Below are positions 26,629-39,804 of a DNA stretch of 64,000 bases, one piece after another. A program made the position numbers and the translations under genes. The stretch lies in assembly GCF_009914755.1 (NCBI RefSeq), contig NC_060930.1; one strand, 5' to 3'. This stretch comes from the human T2T-CHM13v2.0 reference genome, Homo sapiens. The stretch's first letter is position 1; every line of letters begins with the position of its first letter. Below the pieces are notes generated by a model, which was not told the DNA's origin, searched no databases, and worked only from the letters and a program-made list of their open reading frames with translations.

Positions 26629-29293
26629 TCTGGTATTGCTGCTGGTTATTCAGGGCCCAAGGGCTCTTTAATCAGCAGGCGATGAATCCTGCCAGAACTA
26701 TTCATAGTTCCTGTCCTTCAAGGTAGCAGATACCCTTTTGGCTTTTGGCCCAGGGTATATCTAGAAATGTTGTCCATGAGCCAGACCCTGGAATGGGGGC
26801 CTCACGACCCTGCCCAGTGCCCTTATCCTACTGTGTCTGAGCTAGTATCAAAGATACATACAAAGTCCTCTTTACTGTTCACTCTCCTCTCCTTAAACAG
26901 AAGGAAGAAGTCACTTTCTTTGCTGTTAGCTGCACTGCATGCAGTAAGGGGTGAAATGGCACAAGCACTCCCTTAACCATGTCAGCTTGTTATCTCCCTA
27001 GGTCACATGCCAGCCTAGTTCACTGGCTCTGAGCCCAGCTCAGTACTAAAAGTTGCCTAGGAATTACAGTCCTAGTGTTCTATACTGCCTTTCAAGTTTA
27101 CATAGGACCCAAGAGCACTTTGGCGTGCAGTGGCAAGGCTTGCTGAGAAACTCAAGTTTTGACCACTGGGATGGGCACTTCCCCTCTGGCTAGGTCTGGT
27201 CCTAATGCTCCCTCCCTGTGTGGGCACTGGCTAAGCCCAGAGCAGCTTTCCTCTCTGCTATGACAAGGAAGCACTAAGTCCAATGTAAAGTCTCCCAGTT
27301 GCTATGCTTTCCCTCTCCCAAGTGCACAAACTCTCCATGCCACATGGCTGCTGCCAGGAAATGGGGAAGTAGTGGCAATTGAAAACTGTCTACCCTGTCC
27401 TAAATACCCCTTTTAGAGATTTTCAGTTAAAACTAGATACTGTGATTTTTTTTTACCTGATTTTTGGTTATTGCAATGGTGCTTTTCTATGTGCAGATAG
27501 TTGTTAAAATCTGGTGTTCCTGCAGGGTGATAAATGATGTAGGCTTCCATTCCACCATCCTGCTGCAACCTCCCAGCTTTATTCGTTTTGCTTAGGATCG
27601 TTTTGGCTATTCTGGGTCTTTTTTTGGTTTCATGTAAATTTTATTATTTTCTATTTCTGTGAAGAATGTAATTGGTATTTTGATAGGCATTGCATTGAAT
27701 ACATAGATTGCTTTAGGAAATATAAACATTTTAACAATATTCATTCTTCCAATCCATGATCATGGGATGTCTTTCCAATTTTGTGTCCTTTTCAATTTCT
27801 TTCATCAATATTTTATTGTTTTCATTGTAGAGATTTTATTTTACTTTTTTGGTTCAGTTTATTCTTTGGTATTTTATTTTATTTGTAACTATTGTAAATG
27901 GGATTGCTTTCTTGATTTCTTTTTCAGATTGTTCACTGTTGGCATATAGAAATATTACTAATTTTGTATGGTTTTTTTTATTCTGCAACTTTACTGAACT
28001 TATCACTTCTAACTCTTTTTTTTGCAGATTCTTTAGGTTTTTCTAAATATAAGATTATGTCATGGACAGACAAGAATAATTTGACTTGTTCCTTTCCAAT
28101 TTGAATGTGTTTTATTTATTTATTTTGTCTAATTGTTCTAGCTAAGATTTCCAATACTATGTTGAACAAAAGTAGTAAAAGTGAGTGTCTGTCTTAGAGG
28201 AAAGGCTGTCTGACCATTTTACCCAATTAAGTATGATACTAGCTGTGGGCTTGTTGTGTATGGATTTTATCGTGTTGGGGTATGTTCCTTTTCTACTCTG
28301 TTTTTTGAGAGTTTTTATCACAAAGGGATGTTGAATTTTATCAAAATAGATTTTGCAACATCTATTAAAACGATCACATGGATTTTGTCCTTGAATCTCT
28401 TGATGAAACTACTAAATGAAAACATTAGAGAAGCACTCTGGAAAAACGGTCTAGGCAACAATTTCTTGAATAAGACTTCAAAAGCACAGGCAACAGAAGC
28501 AAAATTAGAAGTATGGGATCACATCAACCTAAAAAACTTCTGTGAGCAAAGAGAACAATCAGCCAAGTGAAGAGACAACCCATGGAATGAGATAAAATAT
28601 TTACCAACTACCCAATTGACAATGGATTAAAAGTCAAAATATATACAGATGTCAAACAACTCAATAGGGAAAAACAAATAATCTGATTTTTAAAATGGGC
28701 AAAAGATATGAATAGACACTTCTCAAAAGAAGACATACAAATGACAAACAGGCATATGAAAAGGTGCTCAACATCACTGGTCATCGGAGAAATGCAAATC
28801 AAAACCACAAATGAGACATCATCCCATCCTAGTTATAATGGCTTTTATCGAAAAGATAGTCAAGGGGCCAGGGAAGATGTTGCATCTTGTGTTATGGTGG
28901 CTATGCTTTGACCTATGCAGCCTCTTGGAGCAGGCAGACGCCCTGAGCCCTGTGGGTCCTCCAGAGCAGAGTTGGACATACGAAGTGCTGCGCATGCAGA
29001 ACCTGGTGTTGATAGGAAGCAATTTTAGCATCCTCCTTGTAACAGCCATCCTTATGGCATTTTAGGTCTATAAGTCCATTCAGCATCAGTAACAGCCAAG
29101 CAAATAAGTTCTTCCATAATCATTTGGGAATAGGTTAAGTTATGTTGCACAAGTGCCAGTGCAGAAGCTGGATAAAGAGCTTTCCTATTGGAAATGACTT
29201 TTGGTCTGAACAGTTGGTAAATGCTAAACCCTGAATTATTTAGAAAAAAAAATCCACTAGCAATTATTTTTTCCTAACACTGTAATGCAAATA

Positions 29294-29372
29294 TTAGGTT
29301 GATGCAAAAGTAATTGCAATTTTTGCCATTAAAAACAATGATAGAAACACAATTACTTTTGCATCACCTTAA
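29294..29372. mobile_element. MADE1 (Hsmar1-derived MITE) with TA duplication
   Basis: TA-TTAGGTTGATGCAAAAGTAATTGC...CAATTACTTTTGCATCACCTTAA-TA; ~80-bp palindromic element. Confidence 0.92.
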
Positions 29373-29636
29373 TAATTTACCACTGAGTCGGCTTCTTGGT
29401 ATTTCTTTTCCAACTGTACTTGTTAAAAGTAAGACCTGAAGTTTCCAAAGTTCATTGTTAAAGATGGAGTGCTTACAAGAAAGAAAACATGGTTAGCTTG
29501 TGAGTATCTGTAAGAATCACACTGGAAAGAACTAATTATTAATGCTTGAAAATACTAATAAAAGGGAGACTTACAGTGTAGACATTCTGTATTTAAGAGC
29601 TATTTGGTCATAGCGGGCTAAGAATCACAAATGGTT

Positions 29637-29675
29637 GTGTGTGTGTGTGTGTGTGTGCGCGCGCACGCGTGTGTA
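29637..29675. repeat. (TG)n-(CG)n alternating purine-pyrimidine tract
   Basis: GTGTGTGTGTGTGTGTGTGTGCGCGCGCACGCGTGTGTA. Confidence 0.9.
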
Positions 29676-31349
29676 TTCCATCTGGGTTGGCCTAGAATTC
29701 TCTGGTTGAAAAGTGGTGTCAGCTGTGGGGAGCTTGGGCCATCAATCAATCCTCATCTGTATCTGGTCCTGCACTCAGGTCTCTCCTTGAAGTCAGGGTC
29801 ACATCAGGTAGACGACCTGTTACTATGTGCACCCTTGGCTTGGAAGACCCTAGGTATGCATTGGAAATGTTACTAGTCGGCCCATCACAAAAAGGGCTCC
29901 AACCTGCTCAGACACATTAATCTCCTTTTGCTGCACTTAAGTGTTTCCAGCCTGTGGTCTGCAACCTGAGGCAGATTTTCTCATATTTGGAATCTAAGAG
30001 AGGGCCAGCAGGATCTCCTTTCAGCCCTACATCGGGAGGGCCCAAGGAACAGAAGGACATGTTCACTGTATGAGCCAATGTGTGTTTACACAAATTTCAT
30101 CTCAGCTTTGAAAATGCTGTTATTAGTTTGTACCCTTGGTGATCTGTGTCCCCCTATTGAAATGATACTTTCATAAAGTGGTTATTGATATTTATTTTAA
30201 CATGCTAGATTCAATTTTATTTGTTATTAAATTGACGTGTTTATCTTGTGCTTCATTCAAGCACTGATTTTTTTAATCAGGTATTTAATGTGAAATAATT
30301 GATGTAGAATACTGTAACTGTTTAAGAATTTTGTAATCTTGTAACATTAAACCATTGAAATAGTTACCGTTCTGTGCTTTTGTGCAAAATGTCAATTAAA
30401 ACTAAAGTAAAATCCTACAGGAAAAAAAAAGGCAATAATGGATGCTGGTGAAGATGTGGAAAAAAAGGAACCTTCATGCACTGTTGGTGGGAATGTAAAT
30501 TAATAAAGCCACTGTGGAGAACAGCATGTAGTTTTCTCAAAAAAAAAAACTAAAAATAGAACTACCATGGATCGACCACTGGGTATGTATCCAAAAGAAA
30601 GAAAATCAGTATTATCAAAGAGATGTCTGCACTCTCAAATATATTGCAGCACTATTAACAGTAGCCAGGATAATGGAATCAACATAAGTGTCCATCATTA
30701 GATGAATGGATAAAGAAAATGTAGTACATATACACAATGGAATATTATCCAACCATAAAACAGAATGAAATCCTGTCATTCATGGCAACATGAATGAACC
30801 TGGAGGATATTATGTTAAGTGAAATAAACCATGCACAGATAGACAAATATCACATGTTCTCACTCCCATGTGGGAGTTAAAATGTAATTTAATTCACAGA
30901 AATAGAAAGTAGAATGATGGTTACCAGAGGCTGGGAAGAGTAGTGGGGAGGGGAGGAAAGGGGGATGATTAATGGGTACAAAAATACAGTTAGATGGAAT
31001 GAATAAGATCTAGTGTTTAGTAGCACATGAGGTGATGATAGCTAACAATAACTTACTGTATATTTTGAAATAACTAAGAGTGGAATTAGAATTTTGCTAA
31101 TAAAAAGAAATGATAAATACTTAAGGTGATGAATATTGCAATTATCCTGATTTTTATCATTACATATTATATACTTGGGTCAAAATATTACAGGTGCCCT
31201 ATAAATATGTCTAAGTATTATGTATTCACAGTAATTGAAAGTTTTAAAAAGAGTTTTGAGTTATGCTCTAATTTATGCAAAATATCTGGTCTTATGAAAA
31301 TGGAATGTAATTTTGCAATTAGATCGATGTAGAAATACCATAAATGTAT

Positions 31350-31475
31350 GTTTTATTTTTATTGATACATAATAATTGTATATATTTATGGGATACGTGT
31401 GATGTTTTGATATATGCATACAATGTGTAATGACCAAATCAGCATAATTGAGATACCCATCAACTCAAACATCTG
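31350..31475 (-). mobile_element. Short L1MA 3'-end fragment
   Basis: TTTTATTGATACATAATAATTGTATATATTTATGGGATACGTGTGATG... Confidence 0.7.
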
Positions 31476-32133
31476 TCATTTAATTCTGCTGAAAATATCA
31501 TCTTCAATTGGTAGAAACATTAAATACATTAGTTTGAAGTTTTAATAAACATTCCCTTATTTAATGAGATTTAAATAAGAAATTATACAAAAAGAACACA
31601 TTTTAAAAACTTTTCAGAATATGCTTTTGTAATCAGGCCTGAAGTACCTATTATGAACACTGTAATTTTTAATGTTGAATTTTCATAAAGTTGTGCACAT
31701 CTACAGTGCATTTTTTAAACAGACTTTTAAAATTGATTATGTATAAATGTTTTATCATGCAGTCACTGCCAAATAAAATGTATCTATAAGTGTAAAACAC
31801 TAAATATTGTTTTGAGTGTTTTTGCTTTTATTGATGAATTTTAACTTCTATTGGTAAATGCAAGGTCCATGAGTAGTTTGTTAATCTTAACTTTTCTTAA
31901 CTAATCTTACTTATAGAATGTATTATGTAAATCATGGTATGTAACTAATGTATTTGTGTTCTATTTCTAATAAAAATATAAACATTTTTGAAGTAAAAAT
32001 AGCAATATGTTCATAAAAAATAAAAATAAAATGAAATGGTCCTTGAAAAATATCTTTTATTCTTCCTTTTTCTTACTTTTTTCATTTTTCATGAGTTTGC
32101 AACAAGAGTTCTTAATCTTTTGTTATGACCATG

Positions 32134-32713
<580 letters not shown>

Positions 32714-32758
32714 ATAATGTTTTTAAATGCATAAAATAACATATAAATTATAAATACA

Positions 32759-33089
<331 letters not shown>

Positions 33090-33294
33090 TCAAAATATTC
33101 AAAATGTATTTGCATTTGCGGTATGATAATATATATGCTTCTTTATTAAAGCACAAAATTGCAAGACATTGGAGATGGTCTAATAACTACTATAACTCTG
33201 AAGTGACTATAAATGTAAATAGTACTTTCTGTTCTATGTTATGGAGAAATATAATTTCTATTGATGACAAATTACAGACTCTGATAATATTACT

Positions 33295-33735
33295 ATTATT
33301 ATTATTTTATAATTTCAACCTTAGTTTAGATACAGAATATACATACACAGGTTTGTTACATAGGTATATTGCATGATGCTGAGGTTTAGGGTATAAATCC
33401 TGTCATCCAGGTCATGAGCATAGTACCCAAGAGGCAATTTTTCAACTCTCCTTTCCTCCCTTTCCTGCTAGTAGTCCACTGGGTCTATTGATTTCATCCT
33501 TGCATCCATGAATACTCAATGTTTAGCTCCCACTTATAAGTGAGAATATGCGATATTTGGTTTTCTGTTCTGGCATATATTCAGTTAAGATAATGGCCTC
33601 CAGCTGTATCCATGTCACTGCAAAGGGCATGATTGTATTGCTTTTTATGGCTGCATAGAATTCCATGGTATACCACATTTTCTTTATCCATTCATCCAAT
33701 GATGAACACTCAGGTTCATTCCATGTTTTTGCTTA
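33295..33735 (-). mobile_element. L1PA15/16-like 3' end
   Basis: CAGGTTTGTTACATAGGTATATTGCATGATGCTGAGGTTT...GCTCCCACTTATAAGTGAGAA. Confidence 0.8.
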
Positions 33736-34654
33736 GTACTATTAGTAATATTACTTAAATATTTTACCTAAATTGTTTAAAAAATCTAAATTTCAATTAG
33801 AAATTAGTGAAAATAAAGATGCATTTATTCCTTTCCAAATACAAGGACTTTCTAAATGATTGAATCCAATTTAAGGATACCTGGCTTAACATAATTATAA
33901 GAAAGCCAAAATAGTAAAAGCTCAACAAGGTTCTAAAAATTATAGTTGTCTTATAAATTGACCTTTCTATAATTTGTGTCTTTGCTTTTCATAATCACAG
34001 AAAAATTAACTATATATATATAAATTTTCTGTAATACTTTACTAAGATATTGGACTCACAGCTGTGGAAAAACTACATAATTCTGGAAATTAATTATCAA
34101 AGCTGCCCAAATTACTCAATTACGACCTGCTTAGAGATAAAAATCCTCATTTACTATGCTACAGTGAAGTAGATACTGCTTTTTTATTTTTTTTTTAATG
34201 AGCTGCAGTTATTAGACAAGCAGTAAGTAATAGCATTCAGATCTAGGCCAATCAGCATTTAAGTCCTGAAAATATGGCACATTTTTCTGAATTAAAATGA
34301 AACAAGTTAAACTTTTCACTAATTAGTGAAACTGCATCATTTATGTAAACTGGTGATGAACTACAATGGATCAACTTTAGAAAAGGTCATATTTCAAATA
34401 AAAGTACTCTGCCACTTTTATTAAGATTCCATTAAGATCAGAAGTGGTGTTACTCATTTTCAGAAATGTTTTCAGAATTATTAAGGGATGAACAAATTTT
34501 TGTTCACCTAATAAAGTTCCTTAGTATAAGTTCAAATCAATCCAAATTAAACTTCTTCAACCCATCAGCTTTTTATTTTTTTTAATCATACAGAGGAAGA
34601 ATTATCTGAATGATTTTTTACACAATGCAATGAATGGAGGAACAATTAAACTGT

Positions 34655-35070
34655 GTACCCTGTGCATATATACATACATATATATATCTGTGTGTGTGTG
34701 TGTATACATATATATCTGTGTGTGTATATGTATATATATATATATATAAAATGAGAGATAGGAAGTGTGAGCTAACACAAATTTATGAACAAACAAAATG
34801 TATCCATAATAAAAAGAATGCATATGATAGTATCTTGTTGTAAATGTCTTATCTTAAATTACCTTTAATATATGCTAAGAATTTGGCCAAAGTGCTCTAA
34901 GATGCTAGAAACAAAAGTGTGCTTGTTTAACAGAAAGTATGTGTGCATGTGTGTATATTTATATATGTTATATATACATGTTATATATATCATATACGTG
35001 TGTGTATATATAGAGAGAGATAATACAAACACACACATATATGTATGTATATGCGTAAAGGCATATATAT
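34655..35070. repeat. Two TA/TG/CA low-complexity tracts
   Basis: Visible at ~34660-34750 and ~34935-35070. Confidence 0.85.
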
Positions 35071-35900
35071 ACCTTTTTTCCTGAATTTGCCTGTGTTTGC
35101 TATTGGATTTAGTTACATAAGGCTTTAATCAAGAGGTTATCCTTAAGGCTTCTGAATTATTTAGAGAGCTATCCAGACTCCACTGGCCTGGATCAGAAGC
35201 CATTGGCCCCATCAGAAGCCATCTTTTCATGTTAAGTCTGGGGAATTGACTGGATGGTTAACACAACAACAGGAAAGACAAACAACTGGAGCTCAAGAAT
35301 GTTAGAAGTTTGGGGTTCAAACAACAACACGACCACATCTCTATCTCTATCTCTGTTTCTCTTTGATTATTATTCCATTTCTTCTCTTAGACTGGCATCT
35401 TCCCAAAGGTCTAGAATCAGAATCATAAGCCCTTGCACTTCCCATACTTCATAATTCACATTTTTGCTCCATAATATATTTTATATATTACATGTTAAAT
35501 ATAGTTTAACATGATCTTTTGACACACTTCTAAAATTTGTGAAGAAGAATTCAGGTTAGCCTGTCTTTGCTTAGGGACCAGCCACAGTGCAAATTAACCA
35601 TGGCCACCTAGACAATACACTACAAACAACATTCCTGTTGGAAAGATATATCTGCAGGGTAGAAAGGAGTAATTGGCCAAGATAAGAGACTACTCTTTAA
35701 TAAGGAAGCAGTGCTTAAAAGATAAAACAATATATGTCCACTGCAAGATATGCAATGTAAAAATAAAAATAATAATTTAAGAGTGGTAATATGAGATTTT
35801 AAGTATACAGACTATATTATAAATTTTTTATATTTTCTTTGGCATAGTGAAATAAATAAAAAATAATGTAATTACTGGAACAGCATAGATAAGACTTTTA

Positions 35901-36229
<329 letters not shown>

Positions 36230-36745
36230 GAGCTTTAATGAACAACATTTTATTTCTAATCTTTCTGGCTGATAAAAAACATAACTACAATAAAATGACA
36301 ATTGTTAAAAGTAAAATCATAAAGCATTCTCAAATGCATACCAACGTAAAGAAAATTACATTGGTATGTAATTACCAATTCAAATTCAAGGGAAAATATA
36401 ATCAATGATTCAGTGCATTTTTAAGGACAACTGTATACAATAAAAGGGTGGGATTCTTCATATAATATTTAAGAAATTTCATACAAAGATACTAATGGAT
36501 CAAATTATGCACAATAAAAACTCAGTAAACACATAAGCTATTAATGGAAGCACAGTTTTGTGATGAATTTAACTGTATTCAAACAACTTTGACATAACAA
36601 ACACACAATAAATAAAGATATAAAGAATGAAGATAATATGTTAAACTTGAAAATTTGTATCTTACAAAACTAAAACTTTTCAAGTATCCCCATTCTGAAA
36701 TGAATGGATGCTATATTAGGCCACAGGGTCAGTATCTGTAACTTC

Positions 36746-36945
36746 TTTTTTTTTTTTTTTTTTTTTTTTTGTTGAGATGGAGTCTCGCTCTGTCGCCCAG
36801 GCTGGAGTGCAGTGGCGTGATCCGATCTCAGCTCACTGCAAGCTCCACCTCGCAGGTTCACGGCCATTCTCCTACCTCAGCCTCCTGAGTAGCTGGGACT
36901 ACATGCGCCCACCACCATGCCCGGCTAATTTTTTTTTTTTGCATT
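36746..36945 (-). mobile_element. AluY right monomer (truncated at the A-rich linker)
   Basis: Poly-T, GAGATGGAGTCTCGC...CTGCAAGCTCC...GGCTAATTTTTTT, then non-Alu sequence. Confidence 0.88.
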
Positions 36946-37047
36946 TTCTTAAAATATTATGTGAACTATAATAGTTGCCCACAATGCAATAAACCAGAAA
37001 CCAATCATAGAAGGATAAAACAATGAGCGATTAAAACTTAGAAATAC

Positions 37048-37359
37048 TGCTGGGCGCAGTGGCTCACGCCTGTAATCCCGGCACTTTGGGAGGCTGAGGC
37101 CGGCCAATCACGAGGTCACAAGTTTGAGACCAGCCTGACCAACATGGTGAAACCCCATCTCTATTAAAAGTAAAAAAAAAAAAAAAAATTAGCCCGGCAC
37201 GGTGGTGCGTGTTTGTAATCCCAGCTACTCAGGAGGCTGAGGCAGAAGAATCGCTTGAACCCAGGAGGTGGAGGTTGCATGCAGTGAGCCGAGATCACAC
37301 CATTGCACTCCAGCCTGGGCGACAGAGTGAGACTCCGTCTAAAAAAACCAAAACAAAAC
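37048..37359 (+). mobile_element. AluS (Sg-like) with 15-bp TSD
   Basis: TSD AAAACTTAGAAATAC at 37033-37047 and 37360-37374. Confidence 0.93.
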
Positions 37360-37689
37360 AAAACTTAGAAATACAATATCTGAAATTCTACTGTATTAAA
37401 CTGTATTATGTTTACTGTATTAACACCACATTAATGGAATATTCATAAAATAACATGGGCCTTGATAGTGAAATGTGATGATCATGTAAGAGAAGAAAAT
37501 ATATAATTTTTATTTATTGCATCAATGTATTGATCAATAATATTCATAAATTGGTAACAATTAATGACAATACATGTCAAAAGCCAATAAAATCAGAATT
37601 GATTCTTAAAAGGAATCTGATAAAACTGGAACTAAACTATTATTTAAATTTGGTAAATATTATCTCTTTTTAAAAAGTGTCTATAGTTT

Positions 37690-39004
37690 ATTTTTTAATT
37701 TTTAAAATTTTAATTTTTGTGGAAACATAGTAGGTGTACATATTTATGGAGTACAAGAGATGTTTTGACACAGGGATGCAATGTGAAATAAGCATATCAT
37801 GAAAAATAGAGTATCCATCCCCTCCAGCATTTATCCATTGACTTGCAAACTATCTAATTACACTATTATTTTAAAATGTGCAGTTACTACTGACCATAGT
37901 CACCTGGCAGTGATATCAAATAGTAGGTCTTATTAATTCTTTCGATATTTTGTATCCATAACCATCCGCAACTACCCCAAAACCCCCCACTACCCTTCAT
38001 ATTCTCTGGTAACCATTCTTCTATTCTTTATCTTCATGAGTTCAATTGTTTTGTTTTTTAGATCACACAAATAAGTGAGAGGATGAGATGTTTGTCTTTC
38101 TGTGTCTGGCTTATTTCACTTAACATAATGATCTCCAGTTCCATCTACGTTGTTGCAAGTGGCTGGATCTCATTCTTTTATATGGCTGAATAATACACAT
38201 TGTGTCTATGTACCACAGTTTCTTTATCCATTCATCTGTTGACGGACACTTAGGTTGCTTCCAGTTGATAGCTATGGAGTGTAGATATCTCTTGGATATA
38301 CTGAATTTCTTTCTTTTGGGCGTATACCCAGCAGTGGGATTGCTGGATCATATGTTTGCAATGTTGAGTTTCCTGAGTAATTTCCAAACTGTTCTCCGTA
38401 GTGGTTGTACTAATTTACATTCCCACCAACAGTTCCCTTTTGTCCACATACTTTTCAGCATTTGTTATTGCCTGTCTTTTGGATACAAACCATTTGTTTT
38501 AAGAAGGCTTTTTAGATACTTGAAATCACTAGGGTGTTGCAATCTAAGCTGTTTCTGCTTTAGGGAACACCCCAACCTCAGTAACACTGTTGTTCTTGCA
38601 GACTTGTAGAGGTATTTCTTTGATGATCTTGTACAAGATAGAGAAGAAGTCTCTGGATTACCAGGCAGAGCCACTTGTTCTCTTCCCTTACTTTTCCCAA
38701 AACATACAGTCTCTCTCTCTGTTCTGAGCCACCTAAAGCTGGGGTTGGAGTGACACAAGCACCCTTGTGGCCATCACAACTATGACTGAGCTGGGTCAGA
38801 CCTGAAGCTAGCACAGTGCTAGGTCTTGCCCAGGGCCTGCTGTGGGTGAGCATCAGCTGAGTTTAGTCTGGGTCTTCTTTCTGCTCTAACAGAACAGCTC
38901 TCAATTCAATGCCTCTGCACCAAGCTGCTGTTGCTGGGGATGAAGGAGGGATGGCATCAGCAATTTTGGTGGAGTTTTCTATTCTGCCATCTTGCTCTGC
39001 CTCC
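37690..39004 (-). mobile_element. Internally deleted L1MA (approx. L1MA1-3) retaining both 3' and 5' termini
   Basis: 3'UTR and ORF2 end at 37690-~38490 join directly to 5'UTR sequence (homologous to 25350-25620), which ends CTATTCTGCCATCTTGCTCTGCCTCC. Confidence 0.82.
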
Positions 39005-39804
39005 AGTACTACCTTTTTTTAAATAACAGAAAAATAATAAAACACTAAATAAATTCCAGTTAATATCAACATTCACATAAAAAATTCTTCATGATTATTA
39101 TTTGATGACTTTTTCTGAAAGATCTAGATAAAACCAAACATAAACATGGAGAGTAGCCATTGGAGAAAAGGTGATGAAATTAATGTAAAACACGGGTATA
39201 TTGAAAACACCCCCAAAAACCTGATAAAGTCCTAGAATTAACAAGTGAGTTGAGCAGAAAGTCTTGAATGTGTCATAAATATTGAAAACCCAGTCACTTT
39301 TCTATGCCAGTCATAATCAATTTTGTTTTTATGGAACACAGAATCCATTTACAGTAACAAAAACGAACTTTAAAAGATGCTAAAATACGTAGAAAGAAAT
39401 TCAACAAAATATTTGTGACAGACTTGTAGTTATGAACATTTTATTAATTACTAAAAGCAGTGATTTACATAAGTAGACACTTCTTATTTCTCAGTATTAA
39501 AATTACAACAATTCCAATTAGTTTATAGACTCAATCCTCAGATAATTAAAATTTCAATCTAATTATAGGGAAGTGTAATATAGCAAATTAAGTACATAGT
39601 ATTCCAAGAAAAATTAAGAGATGAAATAATTGTAAAAGTTTTGAAAAAATAAATGTCTTGACAGAGAATTACTTTATCAACACTTGAAATACAATAAAAT
39701 TGTAATATATAAAATAGTATGAGTACAAAATCGAATACACATAACAGTAGAAAAATGACACTCTTGTAATTATCATTCCATTTTTACTTATTTGTACTTT
39801 CAAT

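Larger units (their letters stand above)
17991..27573 (-). mobile_element. Near full-length L1MA (approx. L1MA2/3) nested in the host L1
   Basis: 3'UTR at 17991-18440; ORF2 remnants (ORF 20660..20884 [12 protein letters not shown]...); ORF1 remnant (24976..25209 MTSPDELNKA...); long 5'UTR ending CCATTCCACCATCCTGCTGCAACCTCC. Degenerate TSD CTTTATTCTTTT/CTTTATTCGTTT at ~17979 and ~27577. Confidence 0.88.
28860..30430 (+). pseudogene. C12orf76 (retrocopy): Processed pseudogene (retrocopy) of C12orf76
   Basis: 28877-29092 reads [70 protein letters not shown], matching the recalled short C12orf76 protein (MLRPALPWL...YAVLRGQNLVLMGTIFSILLVTVILMAFCVYKPIRRR). Intronless; premature TAG at 29063-29065; ~1.3 kb 3'UTR; ATTAAA at 30395-30400; A-tract at 30422-30430; L1 ORF2 continues on both sides. 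Confidence 0.85.
17650..31245 (+). mobile_element. Host L1MA (approx. L1MA4/5), 5'-inverted, split by nested insertions
   Basis: Antisense ORF2 at 17650-17990 resumes at 27574-28400. Orientation flips near 28402. Sense ORF2 runs 28402-28859, resumes at 30431 and continues into an L1MA 3'UTR ending ~31245. Confidence 0.8.
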
